A DNA stretch of 64,000 bases, from the NCBI GenBank assembly GCA_963710605.1, contig CAVQBA010000006.1, positions 448,001 through 512,000 of the forward strand, written 5' to 3'. The DNA is from an uncultured cyanobacterium. Lineage in GTDB: Bacteria; Cyanobacteriota; Cyanobacteriia; Cyanobacteriales; Cyanobacteriaceae. This document shows positions 31,439 through 42,611 of the stretch, one piece after another; positions within the stretch are counted from its first letter, which is position 1; each line of letters opens with the position of its first letter. A program made the position numbers and the translations under genes. Under the pieces are notes generated by a model. That model saw only the letters and a list, made by a program, of their open reading frames with translations, was not told the DNA's origin and searched no databases.

Positions 31439-31740
31439 TAGATCTAAAATTATTAATTTAAAATTGAGAATTAAATAGGACTATTAATTATTAAATATTG
31501 ACGATTAGATTATAACTAATATTATAATCATGAAATGTATCCTTTAGATTTAAAGGGATTAGACTATATCTTTATCTCACAAGCCTGATAGATTGCATTT
31601 GACTAAGCAAGGTTGAGAATGCGAGGTATTAATTTGTCTAACGTTAAACTAAAGCTAAATAGCAAGAATCTCAAAATAATATTAAATAGTTGATCAATTC
31701 TATTATGATTTAAACAGTTGAAACAACAAGTAAGTTGCTG

Positions 31741-33615
31741 ATGAGTAATTGGAAAAAAGGAACACAATTAAATGATGGTCAATACGTCATTGAATCTATT
31801 TTACTAAGAGATGGCTATGGGTTATTTTATCGTGCAAAAGATACTTTAAACGATCGATTAGTAACTATCAACACTACAAAAATAGCAGAATATCAAACAA
31901 CAAATCTCCAACAACTTCAAGATAGATTAATACAACAAGCTCAGCAAATAGCTGATAATTGTCAAAATTCTTATATTATTCAACTCAAACCAGAAGTTTT
32001 TTGGGACGAAGATCATATTTATATGGTGATGGATTATCCAGATGGTGAAGATTTAGCGACTTATCTTGATAATAACGGTCAAATTCCCGCAGAAGAGGTA
32101 TTAAATATCATCACTAAAATTGCTTCGGCTTTAAATTTACTTCACCAAAGCAAAGTATTACATCAAGATATCAAACCACAGAATATAATTATTGATTCAC
32201 AAACACAAAATCCTGTTTTAATCAATTATGGTATGGCAATCAAATTATTTACCATTACATCACGCAAAAACGCTAATAATATCAATGATTGTTTTCTACC
32301 TCCAGAAAAGTTTAATGAGAAAAAAAAGTTAGGTATTGGTAGTGATGTATATTCAATTGCCGCCACGGCTTACACATTAGCAACAGGGCAATTACCAACT
32401 TCAGCTTATCTGAGGGTTAAACAACAATTACCTTTAATCCCTCCTCAGCAACTTAATCCTAGTTTAAGCGATCGTTTTAATCAAGCAATTATTAAAGGGA
32501 TGGATTTAGATTTAAAACAACGTCCACAATATCTTAAAGATTGGTTAGATTTATTCAAAGAAAAACAAAAGCTATCACAATCACAATATGAAACTCTTGA
32601 TGATTTACCTACAGATATCAGTGACATACCTCCAGAAAACCTAGCTATTTTCAATGCCATAGTCAACAATGATGAAACAATCGTTCAAAGAGTAAGTTCA
32701 AATGTTGCCCCCCCAACAATTACTAATCGAGAAAAGAATTACCCCAATATTGAAAAATACACTTTTGAAACCATAGAAATAGAGGAAAAAAAAGGGTTTT
32801 TTAGTTTGTTTCCTAAACAGAAGAAAAAGACAAATACTAGTGAAGGACAATTTTTTGTTGAGTATTTAGGTACAGGAGTTAATTTAGAAATGATTTTTAT
32901 TCCTGCCGGTACAATGATGATGGGAGGAAACAAAAACGAAAAAGGAAAAGATAAAAACGAAAATCCCCAGCATTTAGTTAATCTTAAATCTTTTTATATT
33001 AGTAAATACCCGATTACTCAAAAACAATGGCGAATCGTTTCTCGTTTCCCCAAAATTACTCGTAATTTAAAACAAAAACCTTCTTTTTTTAGAGGCGATA
33101 ATCTACCTGTAGAAAGAATTTCTTGGCTAGATACTCAAGAATTTAGTAAAAGAATTAGTAAGTATAGTGGGCGTACTTATCGTTTACCAACAGAATCGGA
33201 ATGGGAATATGCTTGTCGAGGTAATACAACAACGGCTTTTTTCTTCGGGGAGACAATGACTCCTGAATTTGCTAATTATGATCAAAGTAGTAATACTCGT
33301 AATAATCAACAAAATCTTAAGACTAATACGAAAAAAACTACCTCAGTAGATAATTATTATCCTAATCCATTCGGTATCTATGATTGTCATGGTAATGTTT
33401 GGGAATGGTGTGAGGATAATTATGTTGACAATTATCTATCTCATCCTATTGATGGCTCAGCTTATTATGCCCCTAATGATAATCCTGAACGAGTTGTTCG
33501 TGGTGGCTCTTGGTCGTTACCTGCATATTACAGTCGTAGCTCTCGTCGTAATGGTTACATCACTGATTCTACTTATAATTTTATTGGTATGCGAATAGTT
33601 TGTGTTCTTGATTAA
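31741..33615 (+). CDS. Ser/Thr kinase-like domain fused to an FGE-sulfatase (SUMF1) domain
   Basis: HQDIKPQNI, SDVYSIAAT; RLPTESEWEYACR, HGNVWEWC, VVRGGSW. Confidence 0.88.
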   Translation: MSNWKKGTQLNDGQYVIESILLRDGYGLFYRAKDTLNDRLVTINTTKIAEYQTTNLQQLQDRLIQQAQQIADNCQNSYIIQLKPEVFWDEDHIYMVMDYPDGEDLATYLDNNGQIPAEEVLNIITKIASALNLLHQSKVLHQDIKPQNIIIDSQTQNPVLINYGMAIKLFTITSRKNANNINDCFLPPEKFNEKKKLGIGSDVYSIAATAYTLATGQLPTSAYLRVKQQLPLIPPQQLNPSLSDRFNQAIIKGMDLDLKQRPQYLKDWLDLFKEKQKLSQSQYETLDDLPTDISDIPPENLAIFNAIVNNDETIVQRVSSNVAPPTITNREKNYPNIEKYTFETIEIEEKKGFFSLFPKQKKKTNTSEGQFFVEYLGTGVNLEMIFIPAGTMMMGGNKNEKGKDKNENPQHLVNLKSFYISKYPITQKQWRIVSRFPKITRNLKQKPSFFRGDNLPVERISWLDTQEFSKRISKYSGRTYRLPTESEWEYACRGNTTTAFFFGETMTPEFANYDQSSNTRNNQQNLKTNTKKTTSVDNYYPNPFGIYDCHGNVWEWCEDNYVDNYLSHPIDGSAYYAPNDNPERVVRGGSWSLPAYYSRSSRRNGYITDSTYNFIGMRIVCVLD

Positions 33616-33898
33616 TTTAGTCGGTTTAAATCGGTTTTTTTAAAGCGGTAAAATATGATTCATTCGTGTCAACTTAAGAGATAATTATCGCTCTGACTGA
33701 GGTTTCAGCCCTGCCTTGAGCTATCGTGCAAGGCTAACAAAAATCGTTCATTATTTATGAACTTAAAGTGGAATTTCTTGGGCAAAAAGTATTTAAAATA
33801 AGTAGATTCTAGTTGTTTGAATTTGAGCAATGCAGATTTATTAGGTACAAATATAAACCCTTTATTCATAATCAATTTTCGATCGATTACGATCGTTT

Positions 33899-35254
33899 TT
33901 ATTTATTTTTAGTTGACCAATCCTGAATAACTTTTTGTCTTCCTCGTGCGATCGCTAAAGCATTGTCTTCTACATCGTGAGTAATCACCGAACCTGCGGC
34001 GATAGTAACATCTTCACCGATCGTTACAGGAGCAACAAATACACTATTAGAACCTGTTTTAGTTCGATCGCCAATAACAGTCGGATGTTTGTTAACACCA
34101 TCATAATTAGCGGTAATTGTACCTGCACCAACATTTACTTGATTTCCCAGAGTAGCATCACCAATATAGGATAGATGAGCGATATTGGTTTTGTTACCGA
34201 TTTTACTTTTTTTAATCTCGACAAAATTACCCACACGACAACCTTCTCCTAAATTAGCACTTCCTCTAAGATGAGCATAAGGACCAATTTTACTATCTGA
34301 AGCGACTTTACTATCAATAACCACCGAAAATAAGACCTTGATATTATCTTCTAACTGGCTATTTTCAATCATTGACCCCGGCCCTAGATGACAACCTGAA
34401 CCGATGCTTGTATTGCCTTTTAAATGTGTTTGTGGTTCAATTATCACATCACTACCTAACTCAACTGATTCATCGATCGTTATACTATCAGGATTAATCA
34501 TCGTTACCCCTGCCATCATCCATTTTTGCTTAATACGAGTTTGCAGGATATCATTGGCATTAGCTAACTGAAGACGATCGTTTATACCACTAATTTCGAG
34601 ATAATCATCAACATCTAAAGCCATCACCTTATCTAGATAATCAAATACCTCAGTTAAATAATACTCTTGTTGATCGTTATTCGTACTTAGCTTTGGTAAA
34701 ACCTCTTTTAGTTGTTGCCAACTGAAACAATAAACACCTGCATTGATACGATTATTTTGTTTTTGTGTTTGAGTACAATCTCTATCTTCGATGATTTGTG
34801 TTACTAAATTATTTTGCTCACAAAAAACACGTCCATAACCTTGAGGATTAGGTAAATTAGCTGTTAGTAGCGTTGCTTCATTACCATTTTCCTGGTGAGT
34901 AGAAACCAGTTTTTCGATCGTTTCTGGACGTAATAAGGGTACATCTCCATTTAATACCAAAACATCCCCTTCAAAATTATCATCTAAGTGAGGTAAAAGC
35001 TGTTGTATAGCATGCCCTGTACCTAACTGTTCGGTTTGCTCAACAAATTCTAACCCCAGAAGATGACTCAGTGCATTAATCACTTCTTGGGCTTGATAAC
35101 CAATAATGATAACGGTATGATCGGGTTTTACTGCGTGACAACTATCGATCGCCCTTTCCACAAGACTTTTACCACCTAAACAATGTAATACCTTAGGAAG
35201 TTTAGATTTCATCCTTGTACCTTTTCCTGCGGCAAGAATTGCAACTGCTAACAT
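33899..35254 (-). CDS. glmU: Bifunctional GlmU
   Basis: [35 protein letters not shown]. Confidence 0.98.
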   Translation of the reverse strand: MLAVAILAAGKGTRMKSKLPKVLHCLGGKSLVERAIDSCHAVKPDHTVIIIGYQAQEVINALSHLLGLEFVEQTEQLGTGHAIQQLLPHLDDNFEGDVLVLNGDVPLLRPETIEKLVSTHQENGNEATLLTANLPNPQGYGRVFCEQNNLVTQIIEDRDCTQTQKQNNRINAGVYCFSWQQLKEVLPKLSTNNDQQEYYLTEVFDYLDKVMALDVDDYLEISGINDRLQLANANDILQTRIKQKWMMAGVTMINPDSITIDESVELGSDVIIEPQTHLKGNTSIGSGCHLGPGSMIENSQLEDNIKVLFSVVIDSKVASDSKIGPYAHLRGSANLGEGCRVGNFVEIKKSKIGNKTNIAHLSYIGDATLGNQVNVGAGTITANYDGVNKHPTVIGDRTKTGSNSVFVAPVTIGEDVTIAAGSVITHDVEDNALAIARGRQKVIQDWSTKNK

Positions 35255-35470
35255 GAGTTCATCTAATTTTTTTTCGCTTTTGAGTATATCAGCAAATTAT
35301 CATCTTTGTGCAAAATAATCTCTAAATCATAAAAGATAAAGGATGAAGGATGAAGCATAAGGGATAAAGGATAAAGGATGAAGGATGATTACCAACTAAT
35401 ACTTTGAGATTTATCTCCTCCATTACCTACTTCCTATTGTTATTATCTGTTCACTGTTATTATCTGTTAT

Positions 35471-35641
35471 CTAAAGAAGTCCTAACCAACTTAATAAACC
35501 TTGTTTACTAAAATATTCAATTGCTAAAGCGATTACAAAGCCGAGCATTGCCGCTCTACCATTTAACTTTTCAGCATAATCGTTAAAACCAAATTTTGGT
35601 TCTTCAATCTTCGGGGTTTGAGTAGGTTGAGGCTGAGTCAT
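35471..35641 (-). CDS. High-light-inducible one-helix protein (Hli/Scp, 56 aa)
   Basis: MTQPQPTQTPKIEEPKFGFNDYAEKLNGRAAMLGF with the ExxNGRxAM chlorophyll-binding motif. Confidence 0.93.
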   Translation of the reverse strand: MTQPQPTQTPKIEEPKFGFNDYAEKLNGRAAMLGFVIALAIEYFSKQGLLSWLGLL

Positions 35642-35678
35642 AATTTTATCTTCCTATGTATTTGAATTTTTATTAAAT

Positions 35679-35696
35679 TTTGTTAACTTTTGTAAA
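35679..35696 (-). promoter_or_regulatory. HLR1 (RpaB) site upstream of hli
   Basis: Minus strand TTTACAAA-AG-TTAACAAA. Confidence 0.65.
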
Positions 35697-36105
35697 TATA
35701 TTATTACATTATTAAACAGATAATTGTCAAGAATAGACAATTCAAAATGTTTTCTTAAGCTTTTAACTAGTTCAATTACTAATTCTCATATCAGGGTTGA
35801 TATTAAGTCTATAAAGTCAAAAGGGCAAAGGGCAAGTTAAAAGTTAAAAGTTAAAAGTTAAAAGTTAAAAAAGGCACTCCATGCAAGAGTTGAATTCACT
35901 CACTCTTCTTACTCCTTACTCCTTACTTCTTACTCATTACTCATTATCCTTGGCGGGGCGTAATTACCCTTGATTTTTTTGGTAACTTTTTTCGGTAAAG
36001 CGTAGATAAGAGAATGAAGGGGCTTGTGTCTGCTTATATGCGCTTGCGTCCACTATTTATTATATTATTGATTATTGATTCCTAATTTTTAGTTATATAT
36101 ATCAT

Positions 36106-37335
36106 CTACTGAGATTGTAAAGGAATGGTAAAGCTAAAAATAGAGCCTTGATTTAAAGTTGATTCTACCCATATCTTGCCAGCATTTTTCTCAACAAATT
36201 CTTGACAAAGTAATAGACCTAACCCTGTACCTATTTCTCCGGCTGTACCCTCAATAGTGTAACAAGTAGCTATATTGAAAAGGTTCTTTATTTGTCTTTG
36301 TGTCATTCCGATACCATTATCGATAATATTGACTTGAACAAAATTATCTTTTTGCTGAAGATTGATTTTAACTTGTCCTCCATCTTCAGTAAATTTGATC
36401 GCATTATTAATCAAATTTTGTATTGTTGAAAATAGCATATTATAGTCGCCCATAACTTTGAAATTAGATTGTAAATTATCAACATATAAAGTAATGTTTT
36501 TATTTGTCGCTTTATCTTTCATTAATAAAACAGATTCATAAACTAAACTATTGAGGTCAATACTTTTAGGATGGACTTGCATTTTACCACTTTCTAACAT
36601 TGACCATCTTAAGAGATTATCAACTAGTTTAAATGCCATATCCGAAGATTCATAAATTGCTCCTGCTAACTCAGAAATTGTATCTTTATCCATGTTATGA
36701 ATATCATAATTAAGCATTTGAGCTAAATTAAGAATACTATTAAAAGGAGATTTCAAATCGTGAGAAATAATCGAGAAAAATTTATCTTTACTATTGTTTA
36801 ATTCTTGTAATTCCTGAGAAGATTGTTGTAGTTTTTTATACGCTAATCTTAATTCTAATTGAGCGATAATTTGTTTGGCTAAAATTACTAAACAATTTAA
36901 TTGTTCGTCGGTAAGTTTTTTAGGCTGAGAATCGATCGCACATAATGTACCTAAAGGATAACCATCAGGTGTTACTAAAGGTGCACCTGCATAAAAACGA
37001 ATTGAAGGTGGTTTTTCTTTTACTAAAGGATTATCTGCGAATCGTTCATCTTGAGAGGCATCTTCGACGACAAATATATCATCTGTATTAAGAATAGCAT
37101 GAGAACAAAAAGCCAAATCTCGATGAGTTTCTCTAACTGACAAACCGACTTTAGCTTTAAACCATTGACGATGATCATCAACAAAACTGATTAAGGCTAT
37201 AGGGGTTTCGCAAATAGTGGCGGCTATCTGTGTAATTTCATCATAGGTTCGCTCAAATTCTGTGTCTAAAATATTATATCTTTCCAACGCCTTTAATCTT
37301 TGGAGTTCGTTCATTGGTAAAGACGCTATCTTCAT
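36106..37335 (-). CDS. GAF sensor histidine kinase
   Basis: [49 protein letters not shown]. Confidence 0.93.
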   Translation of the reverse strand: MKIASLPMNELQRLKALERYNILDTEFERTYDEITQIAATICETPIALISFVDDHRQWFKAKVGLSVRETHRDLAFCSHAILNTDDIFVVEDASQDERFADNPLVKEKPPSIRFYAGAPLVTPDGYPLGTLCAIDSQPKKLTDEQLNCLVILAKQIIAQLELRLAYKKLQQSSQELQELNNSKDKFFSIISHDLKSPFNSILNLAQMLNYDIHNMDKDTISELAGAIYESSDMAFKLVDNLLRWSMLESGKMQVHPKSIDLNSLVYESVLLMKDKATNKNITLYVDNLQSNFKVMGDYNMLFSTIQNLINNAIKFTEDGGQVKINLQQKDNFVQVNIIDNGIGMTQRQIKNLFNIATCYTIEGTAGEIGTGLGLLLCQEFVEKNAGKIWVESTLNQGSIFSFTIPLQSQ

Positions 37336-37816
37336 CGCTACTTACTACTTTATCTGATTGAGTTGTGTTTCTATAAGTTCTCATCTTACTCCATTTTTTC
37401 AACCTAAACAAATAAATACTTTATTTTTTCATTAATTTATCGGTTTTCTAATATTTGCTTGCGGTTAAATCGATTAATTTTAGATAGCTAAGAGTAATCA
37501 TTATAAAATATAAAACCAAAATGAATTAATTTTTAATTGTTAATAACTTAATTTTGTTGTAAGTATTCTATTTATTACTTTTAAAAGCTTTATTTTTTTA
37601 TTTTTGGGATAACATTAATCGTTTTTCTTTAATTAGGATAGCTATTATTAAGTTATCTATTTTCTAATTAATAACCTAAAATTTGCTGACAGATCATTGG
37701 TGATTTTTGTACTATATGCGATTAATTCATTAAGTAAAAGGTAAACGATTAGCTTTATAATAAATAATTTGAAAGTCGATCGACAATAAGGCTTTTAGAT
37801 TCAACCACTGAGAGCG

Positions 37817-39133
37817 ATGATGTTATTAAATAAAACATCAATTTATAAAAGCAATACTATGAGCAAGATGATCTCAGAATATAATTATTATTGGTTAAAA
37901 AACGTCCATATACCTAGTTGCTTACTTCCCGAAAATCAGATTAAAGCAACAACTAGAGAAAATTTATGTTTGTGCGACGTTAAAATAGAGGCAGGAAAAA
38001 TAGCGGCGATCGTACCTGCTTCTAATCATACTGTTGGTATTAATTTACAACAAAAAATAGTCTTACCTTGTTTTGTCGATATTCATACTCATTTAGATAA
38101 AGGACATACATATGAACGATCGCCTAATTTAGTCGGTGATTTTGCGACTGCTTTAACAGCGGTACAAAAAGATCATCTATTGTGGGATGAAGTAGATTTA
38201 TATTCTAGAATGGAATTTGCTTTGCAATGTAGTTATGCTCATGGCTCGATCGCTATTCGGACTCATTTAGACTGTTTTGGTTCACAATCAGCAATTAGCT
38301 TAAAAGTATGGCAAGAATTAAAACAAAAATGGCAAGACAAAATCCATTTACAAGCAGTATGTTTGGTTAGTTTAGATTATTTCCTGACTACTGCAGGAGA
38401 AATACTCGCCGATAAAATAGCGCAAGTCGGAGGTATTTTAGGTGGTGTTGCTTATATGAATCCTCGAATTGATGAGCAGTTAGACAGAGTTTTTCAGTTA
38501 GCAAAAGAGCGAAATTTAGAGTTAGATTTTCATGCGGATGAAAATGGAGAGATAGATTCTATTTGTTTACAGAAAATAGCGGCTACAGCAATTAAATATA
38601 ATTTTTCTCAGAACATCCTTGTCGGACATTGTTGTAGTTTATCACAACAACCACCCGAAATGGTAAATAAAACGATCGAATTATTACAACAACAAACTAA
38701 TATCAGTATTGTCTCTTTACCGATGTGTAATCTTTACTTACAAGATAGACAACCAGAAATTACACCTAGATGGCGAGGAGTCACCAGAGTCAAGGAATTA
38801 AAACAAGCCCAAATCAAAGTTGCTTTAGCTAGTGATAATTGTCGTGATCCTTTTTTCGGTTTTGGCGACCATGATATGTTAGAAGTGTTTAGTCAATCTG
38901 TGCGGATTGCTCACTTAGATACTCCTTATCATGACTGGATTGCGTCGGTGACTAAAATACCTGCTGATTTGATGGGTTTACCTAATTTTGGTCGTATAGC
39001 CGTAGGTTTACCTGCTAATTTAATTATCTTCAATAGTCGTTACTTTAGTGAATTACTTTCTCGTCCACAAAACGATCGACAAGTAATTAGAGACGGTAAA
39101 ATTATTGATGCGACGTTACCTCAATACAACTAA
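37817..39133 (+). CDS. codA: Cytosine deaminase-family amidohydrolase (start may be 37859)
   Basis: DIHTHLDK, DFHADE, GHCCSL, SDNCRDPF. Confidence 0.85.
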   Translation: MMLLNKTSIYKSNTMSKMISEYNYYWLKNVHIPSCLLPENQIKATTRENLCLCDVKIEAGKIAAIVPASNHTVGINLQQKIVLPCFVDIHTHLDKGHTYERSPNLVGDFATALTAVQKDHLLWDEVDLYSRMEFALQCSYAHGSIAIRTHLDCFGSQSAISLKVWQELKQKWQDKIHLQAVCLVSLDYFLTTAGEILADKIAQVGGILGGVAYMNPRIDEQLDRVFQLAKERNLELDFHADENGEIDSICLQKIAATAIKYNFSQNILVGHCCSLSQQPPEMVNKTIELLQQQTNISIVSLPMCNLYLQDRQPEITPRWRGVTRVKELKQAQIKVALASDNCRDPFFGFGDHDMLEVFSQSVRIAHLDTPYHDWIASVTKIPADLMGLPNFGRIAVGLPANLIIFNSRYFSELLSRPQNDRQVIRDGKIIDATLPQYN

Positions 39134-39244
39134 TACTTAATAATTATTTCTACTCTCACCAAGTTAAGATCGTATTTCTATATTCTTGATCGGTCATTGA
39201 GATTAAATAAAGTGTTTATTTTTTTGCTCAAAAACTTTTTATGA

Positions 39245-39526
39245 CTACGATCGAGGGCGAGTTTGCCACCACATATTAATACCTGTAATCGCTAAGGTTA
39301 ATAATCCAAAAGCATTAAAAAAAGGATAAATCATCTCCAAATTAATTCGCCCAAATTTTCCACGGTGTAATTCTAATAACCACAAAAAATTATTAACATC
39401 ACCTGTAACTACTGCAATTTGGAATAATGAGCCTGTAATTAAAGTAAGTAAAAGTGGGAAAATCATAATTGGAGCAAACCAACTATGTATTTGCCGTATT
39501 CTCATTTCATTGATTAACTTACCCAT
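39245..39526 (-). CDS. Small PepSY-TM-like membrane protein
   Basis: RQIHSWFAP...LTLITG...LLELHRG...LAITG. Confidence 0.7.
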   Translation of the reverse strand: MGKLINEMRIRQIHSWFAPIMIFPLLLTLITGSLFQIAVVTGDVNNFLWLLELHRGKFGRINLEMIYPFFNAFGLLTLAITGINMWWQTRPRS

Positions 39527-39924
39527 TAATTAGACTCCTTCTGATACACTTTCTTTTTGATGGTGTAGAGTAAAAATGGACTAGCTAAAAGTAAAAAGAA
39601 AACTAATTCTGTCGGTTGTGGAATTAAATTCGATCGTTTTAAAAAAGAAGTAGAAGTAGAAGGCGATTTTTGCAAATCTTCTGAGGTAGGAGAGACTAGA
39701 GGCTTATTAGTAGGATTCGATATTGGAGTCTCCATCTTTTGTCTATCATCATCGTCATGATTAGTTTTAGTTTCTTCTTCAGAAGGCTTTTGTAATTGCT
39801 TTGTTTGAGAATTACTATTATTATGTTTTCCAGCATGACTTAAAGAAGGTTTTGCCGATGAAATTAATCCCATTGAGCCAACTAAAATAGTTGTGATAAA
39901 AATACTGTTTAATTTTAGTAACAT
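39526..39924 (-). CDS. Hypothetical exported, C-terminally anchored protein
   Basis: Signal peptide followed by HAGKH, polar linker, C-terminal TM and basic tail. Confidence 0.65.
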   Translation of the reverse strand: MLLKLNSIFITTILVGSMGLISSAKPSLSHAGKHNNSNSQTKQLQKPSEEETKTNHDDDDRQKMETPISNPTNKPLVSPTSEDLQKSPSTSTSFLKRSNLIPQPTELVFFLLLASPFLLYTIKKKVYQKESN

Positions 39925-39971
39925 AAAACCTATCTTTATTTATTTTCTAAAGCTCAGGCTAACAGTGAATT

Positions 39972-39988
39972 ATGAAATGACGATGAAA
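39972..39988 (-). promoter_or_regulatory. CopR-type box
   Basis: ATGAAA-tgacg-ATGAAA = TTTCAT-N5-TTTCAT on the minus strand. Confidence 0.7.
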
Positions 39989-40165
39989 TTTTATCTATCC
40001 TTAAAGTGATTTATTGAAAAAAACTGCAGTATAAATCAATTAATAATATTGCTTGTCAATAATTTTTACGAGTCAACTTCTTGATAATTTCGGAGTAAGG
40101 GCTTCAGTCCTGATTTTTGTAGTAATTTAAAGATGTCAATTTATTTTTTAAACTGTACCTCATCA

Positions 40166-40182
40166 TTTCATCTTCATTTCAT
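40166..40182 (+). promoter_or_regulatory. CopR-type box
   Basis: TTTCAT-cttca-TTTCAT. Confidence 0.7.
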
Positions 40183-40232
40183 TTTCTTTGATTATTCTAA
40201 AAACATCCTCAATTTATAGGAATGTGAAAATT

Positions 40233-40475
40233 ATGGAAAAATTTACTAAAAATGCTTTTATTAAGATTACTGTAGCTACCTTTACAGTTACCAGTTTGAT
40301 GGGAATTGTGACTAAATCGGCAACTGCCCAAACTTTAGATTCTACTCACAATCATCTAATCAATAGCCAAACTCATAATAATTCTGATCATCACCAAAAA
40401 CATGAAAGCCATGAAAATCATGAAAATCATGGCAAGACTAAAAAGAAACCACAACCTTCTTCTGCTGGAAAATAA
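40233..40475 (+). CDS. Small secreted His-rich protein
   Basis: Signal peptide ending ATA-Q, then ...DHHQKHESHENHENHG. Confidence 0.65.
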   Translation: MEKFTKNAFIKITVATFTVTSLMGIVTKSATAQTLDSTHNHLINSQTHNNSDHHQKHESHENHENHGKTKKKPQPSSAGK

Positions 40476-40565
40476 ACTAAATTATTTTGTTTGTTGATTA
40501 TTTTCTGATTACTTTTTTTAAGTTACAAGGTAGAGTTTGAGTTTATTAATCTCTTTTTATCAAGA

Positions 40566-40676
40566 TATAGCAGATAATCAGTTGACTCTTGACGTTTAAC
40601 CACCCTTAACCCCTCCGAAGTCGAGGAGGGAGACTCGATCGAGCGAGGTGTCCTAACTTACTTGTTTGTTGCTATA
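40566..40676. mobile_element. MITE-like element TATAGC...GCTATA
   Basis: Inverted homolog of 14314-14466. Confidence 0.7.
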
Positions 40677-40817
40677 ATTGACACTCTCCCGCTAAATTAA
40701 AAATTATAACGGGAGATTCTTGCTTTACAGACACTTAACTAGTTTAGTCAGATTACTCTGAGAAAACCCCGTCAGTACGTCTCCACAAGCATTTTGATTT
40801 ACGGTATGCCCTACCGC

Positions 40818-42000
40818 TCAAGAGTGCAGTTGTTCATGAGGGAAACCCCCTAGACCACACTGCACCGCATTAATCCCTCTTTGTTGAATTATTTCTGCGC
40901 TCACTACGTCACGAGCCGCAGTGTACCCACAAAATTGACAGCGATGAGTTCTCTGACTTAAATGTTTTTTACCCGTGTGTTTTCCACATTTTGAACATTT
41001 TTGTGACGTACCATTTTTATCTACTTTGAGGTAAAACTTATGTCTTTTCCAACAAATATAAGGCAAAATCTCATTGATAAATTGCCCTATTCCTGAGTCT
41101 AAGGATTGTTTTCTGACTATACCTCGACTCCAAGAAATAAAGTTAATGTCCTCGACAAAAATATTATCTGCTTGGTCGCAAAGATAATGTGCTAATTTAA
41201 AATGCCAGTCACGTCTAGTATTAGCGGCTGTTTCGTGTAATTTAGCTATTTTATTTTGCAGTTTTAACCAATTACTAGAACCCTTGATTTTGTGTTTTAA
41301 GCGTCTTTGTAGCGATTTAAGCTGACTCTGTACTTTTAACAAAAACTTTGGTGCTTTGATTAATTCTGCTTGATCGGTAGCTATAAACGATTCAATTCCT
41401 GCATCTAATCCTAAACTTATTTTACCCACAGGTGCATCTGGGCAAGACTCTTTTGATTGAAATGCAATCATTAAATAATACCCACTTGCAGATGCGAACT
41501 ATTCTCGCTTGTTTTGGGGTGAATCCCTGTGGATACTCTCTTGATTGTCTAATTTTCAACCAACCCAATTGAGGTAGCTTTACTTTCCCTTGTTCCAAAC
41601 AATCTTTGAGCATTTGAGCAAAAACAAAACTTCTCATCTTTTTCTTAAAGCGAGGAAAACCTTTCCCTTTAGTTTTCATCTCGGCAAACGCTTTGTCCAA
41701 GGTCTTTAGAGTCTGCTGTAACACTTGGGCATTTACTGACTTCAATCTTGGATTTGATTTTTTTGCTTGAGTCAAACTTGTAGCTTGATGGTGATAGTTA
41801 GGGTAACTTATGTCCGCAGCAATAATGTATTCTGAATAGATTGAACAACTGTTAACCGGTGATTTTCTACTTCTAAGCCAGTGTTTGCGTTCAGACAAGG
41901 CAAAATTGTAAACAGATTGACAGATACTCAATATATGTTCTACTTTCTGAGTCTGCTGTCTATTCAGTTTCAACTTGTACTGATAAGTTAGATTGATCAC
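40818..42000 (-). CDS. tnpB: TnpB RNA-guided nuclease; 1-nt insertion near 41494, tail cut by a 51-bp insert
   Basis: GFPRFK, GLDAG (RuvC I), VED, TSQKCSKCG...CQFCG, RDVVSA; GCATC to GATC restores RSASGYY. Confidence 0.9.
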
Positions 42001-42050
42001 TGTTATCTTTGCTTGGTAATATAAACAATATTACCACTCACTGCTATTAA

Positions 42051-42464
42051 ATGACAACCAATTATCATAAAAGTTTTAGGTCTGTTTATAGTCTCACTGC
42101 TCATGTTGTTTTTGTAACTAAATATCGTAAAAAAGCTATTTCTCCAAAAATACTCGATATTTTAAATGATATTTTTGAGACTACCTTAAGTAAATGGGAA
42201 TGCACTCTTTTAGAATTTAATGGGGAAAGCGATCATGTCCATTTATTACTTGAATACAACCCTAAAGTATCCTTATCAAAATTAATTGCTAACCTCAAAA
42301 ATGTTAGTAGTCGTTTGATTCGTCGTGATTTTCCTCAGTTACAAGATCAATATTTTGATGGCAAGTCTTATTTTTGGTCAGGCTCTTATTTTGTTGCTAG
42401 TTGTGGTGGTGTAACTGTTGAACAATTAAAGCAATACGTTGAAAATCAAAAACTAATTAAATGA
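42051..42464 (+). CDS. tnpA: IS200-type Y1 transposase
   Basis: HVVFVTKYR, ESDHVHLL (HUH), FWSGSYF, YVENQ. Confidence 0.95.
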   Translation: MTTNYHKSFRSVYSLTAHVVFVTKYRKKAISPKILDILNDIFETTLSKWECTLLEFNGESDHVHLLLEYNPKVSLSKLIANLKNVSSRLIRRDFPQLQDQYFDGKSYFWSGSYFVASCGGVTVEQLKQYVENQKLIK

Positions 42465-42611
42465 TGACTAAAGGTTTGTTTGTTGGTCAAAATTCATCTC
42501 ACCGTTAAATTGAAAATTATAACGGGAGTCCTCTTTTGACATTTATTGATAGAATGATTTCCATTTCCATACATACAAATTTTTATCAATTTTTTTAATT
42601 AAATTCTGATT

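Larger units (their letters stand above)
40678..42545 (-). mobile_element. IS200/IS605-family element with divergent tnpA and tnpB (tnpA-side boundary approximate)
   Basis: Matching subterminal hairpins ctcccgctaaattaaaaattataacgggag (~40686) and ctcaccgttaaattgaaaattataacgggag (~42498); tnpB-side end reads ...TGTCAA on the minus strand. Confidence 0.88.

Noticed and set aside
33685-33770. Hairpins between convergent kinase and glmU genes as a riboswitch
   Set aside because: Located 3' of both genes and lacks a recognisable aptamer consensus
35820-35945. 6-7 bp tandem repeats (aaagtt, tactcct; similar runs near 255, 6835, 55385)
   Set aside because: Ordinary cyanobacterial short tandem repeats at gene ends
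35945-36055. GC-richer intergenic patch as tRNA, sRNA or a 29-codon ORF
   Set aside because: No cloverleaf or recognisable RNA motif, no RBS; cannot be supported from sequence alone
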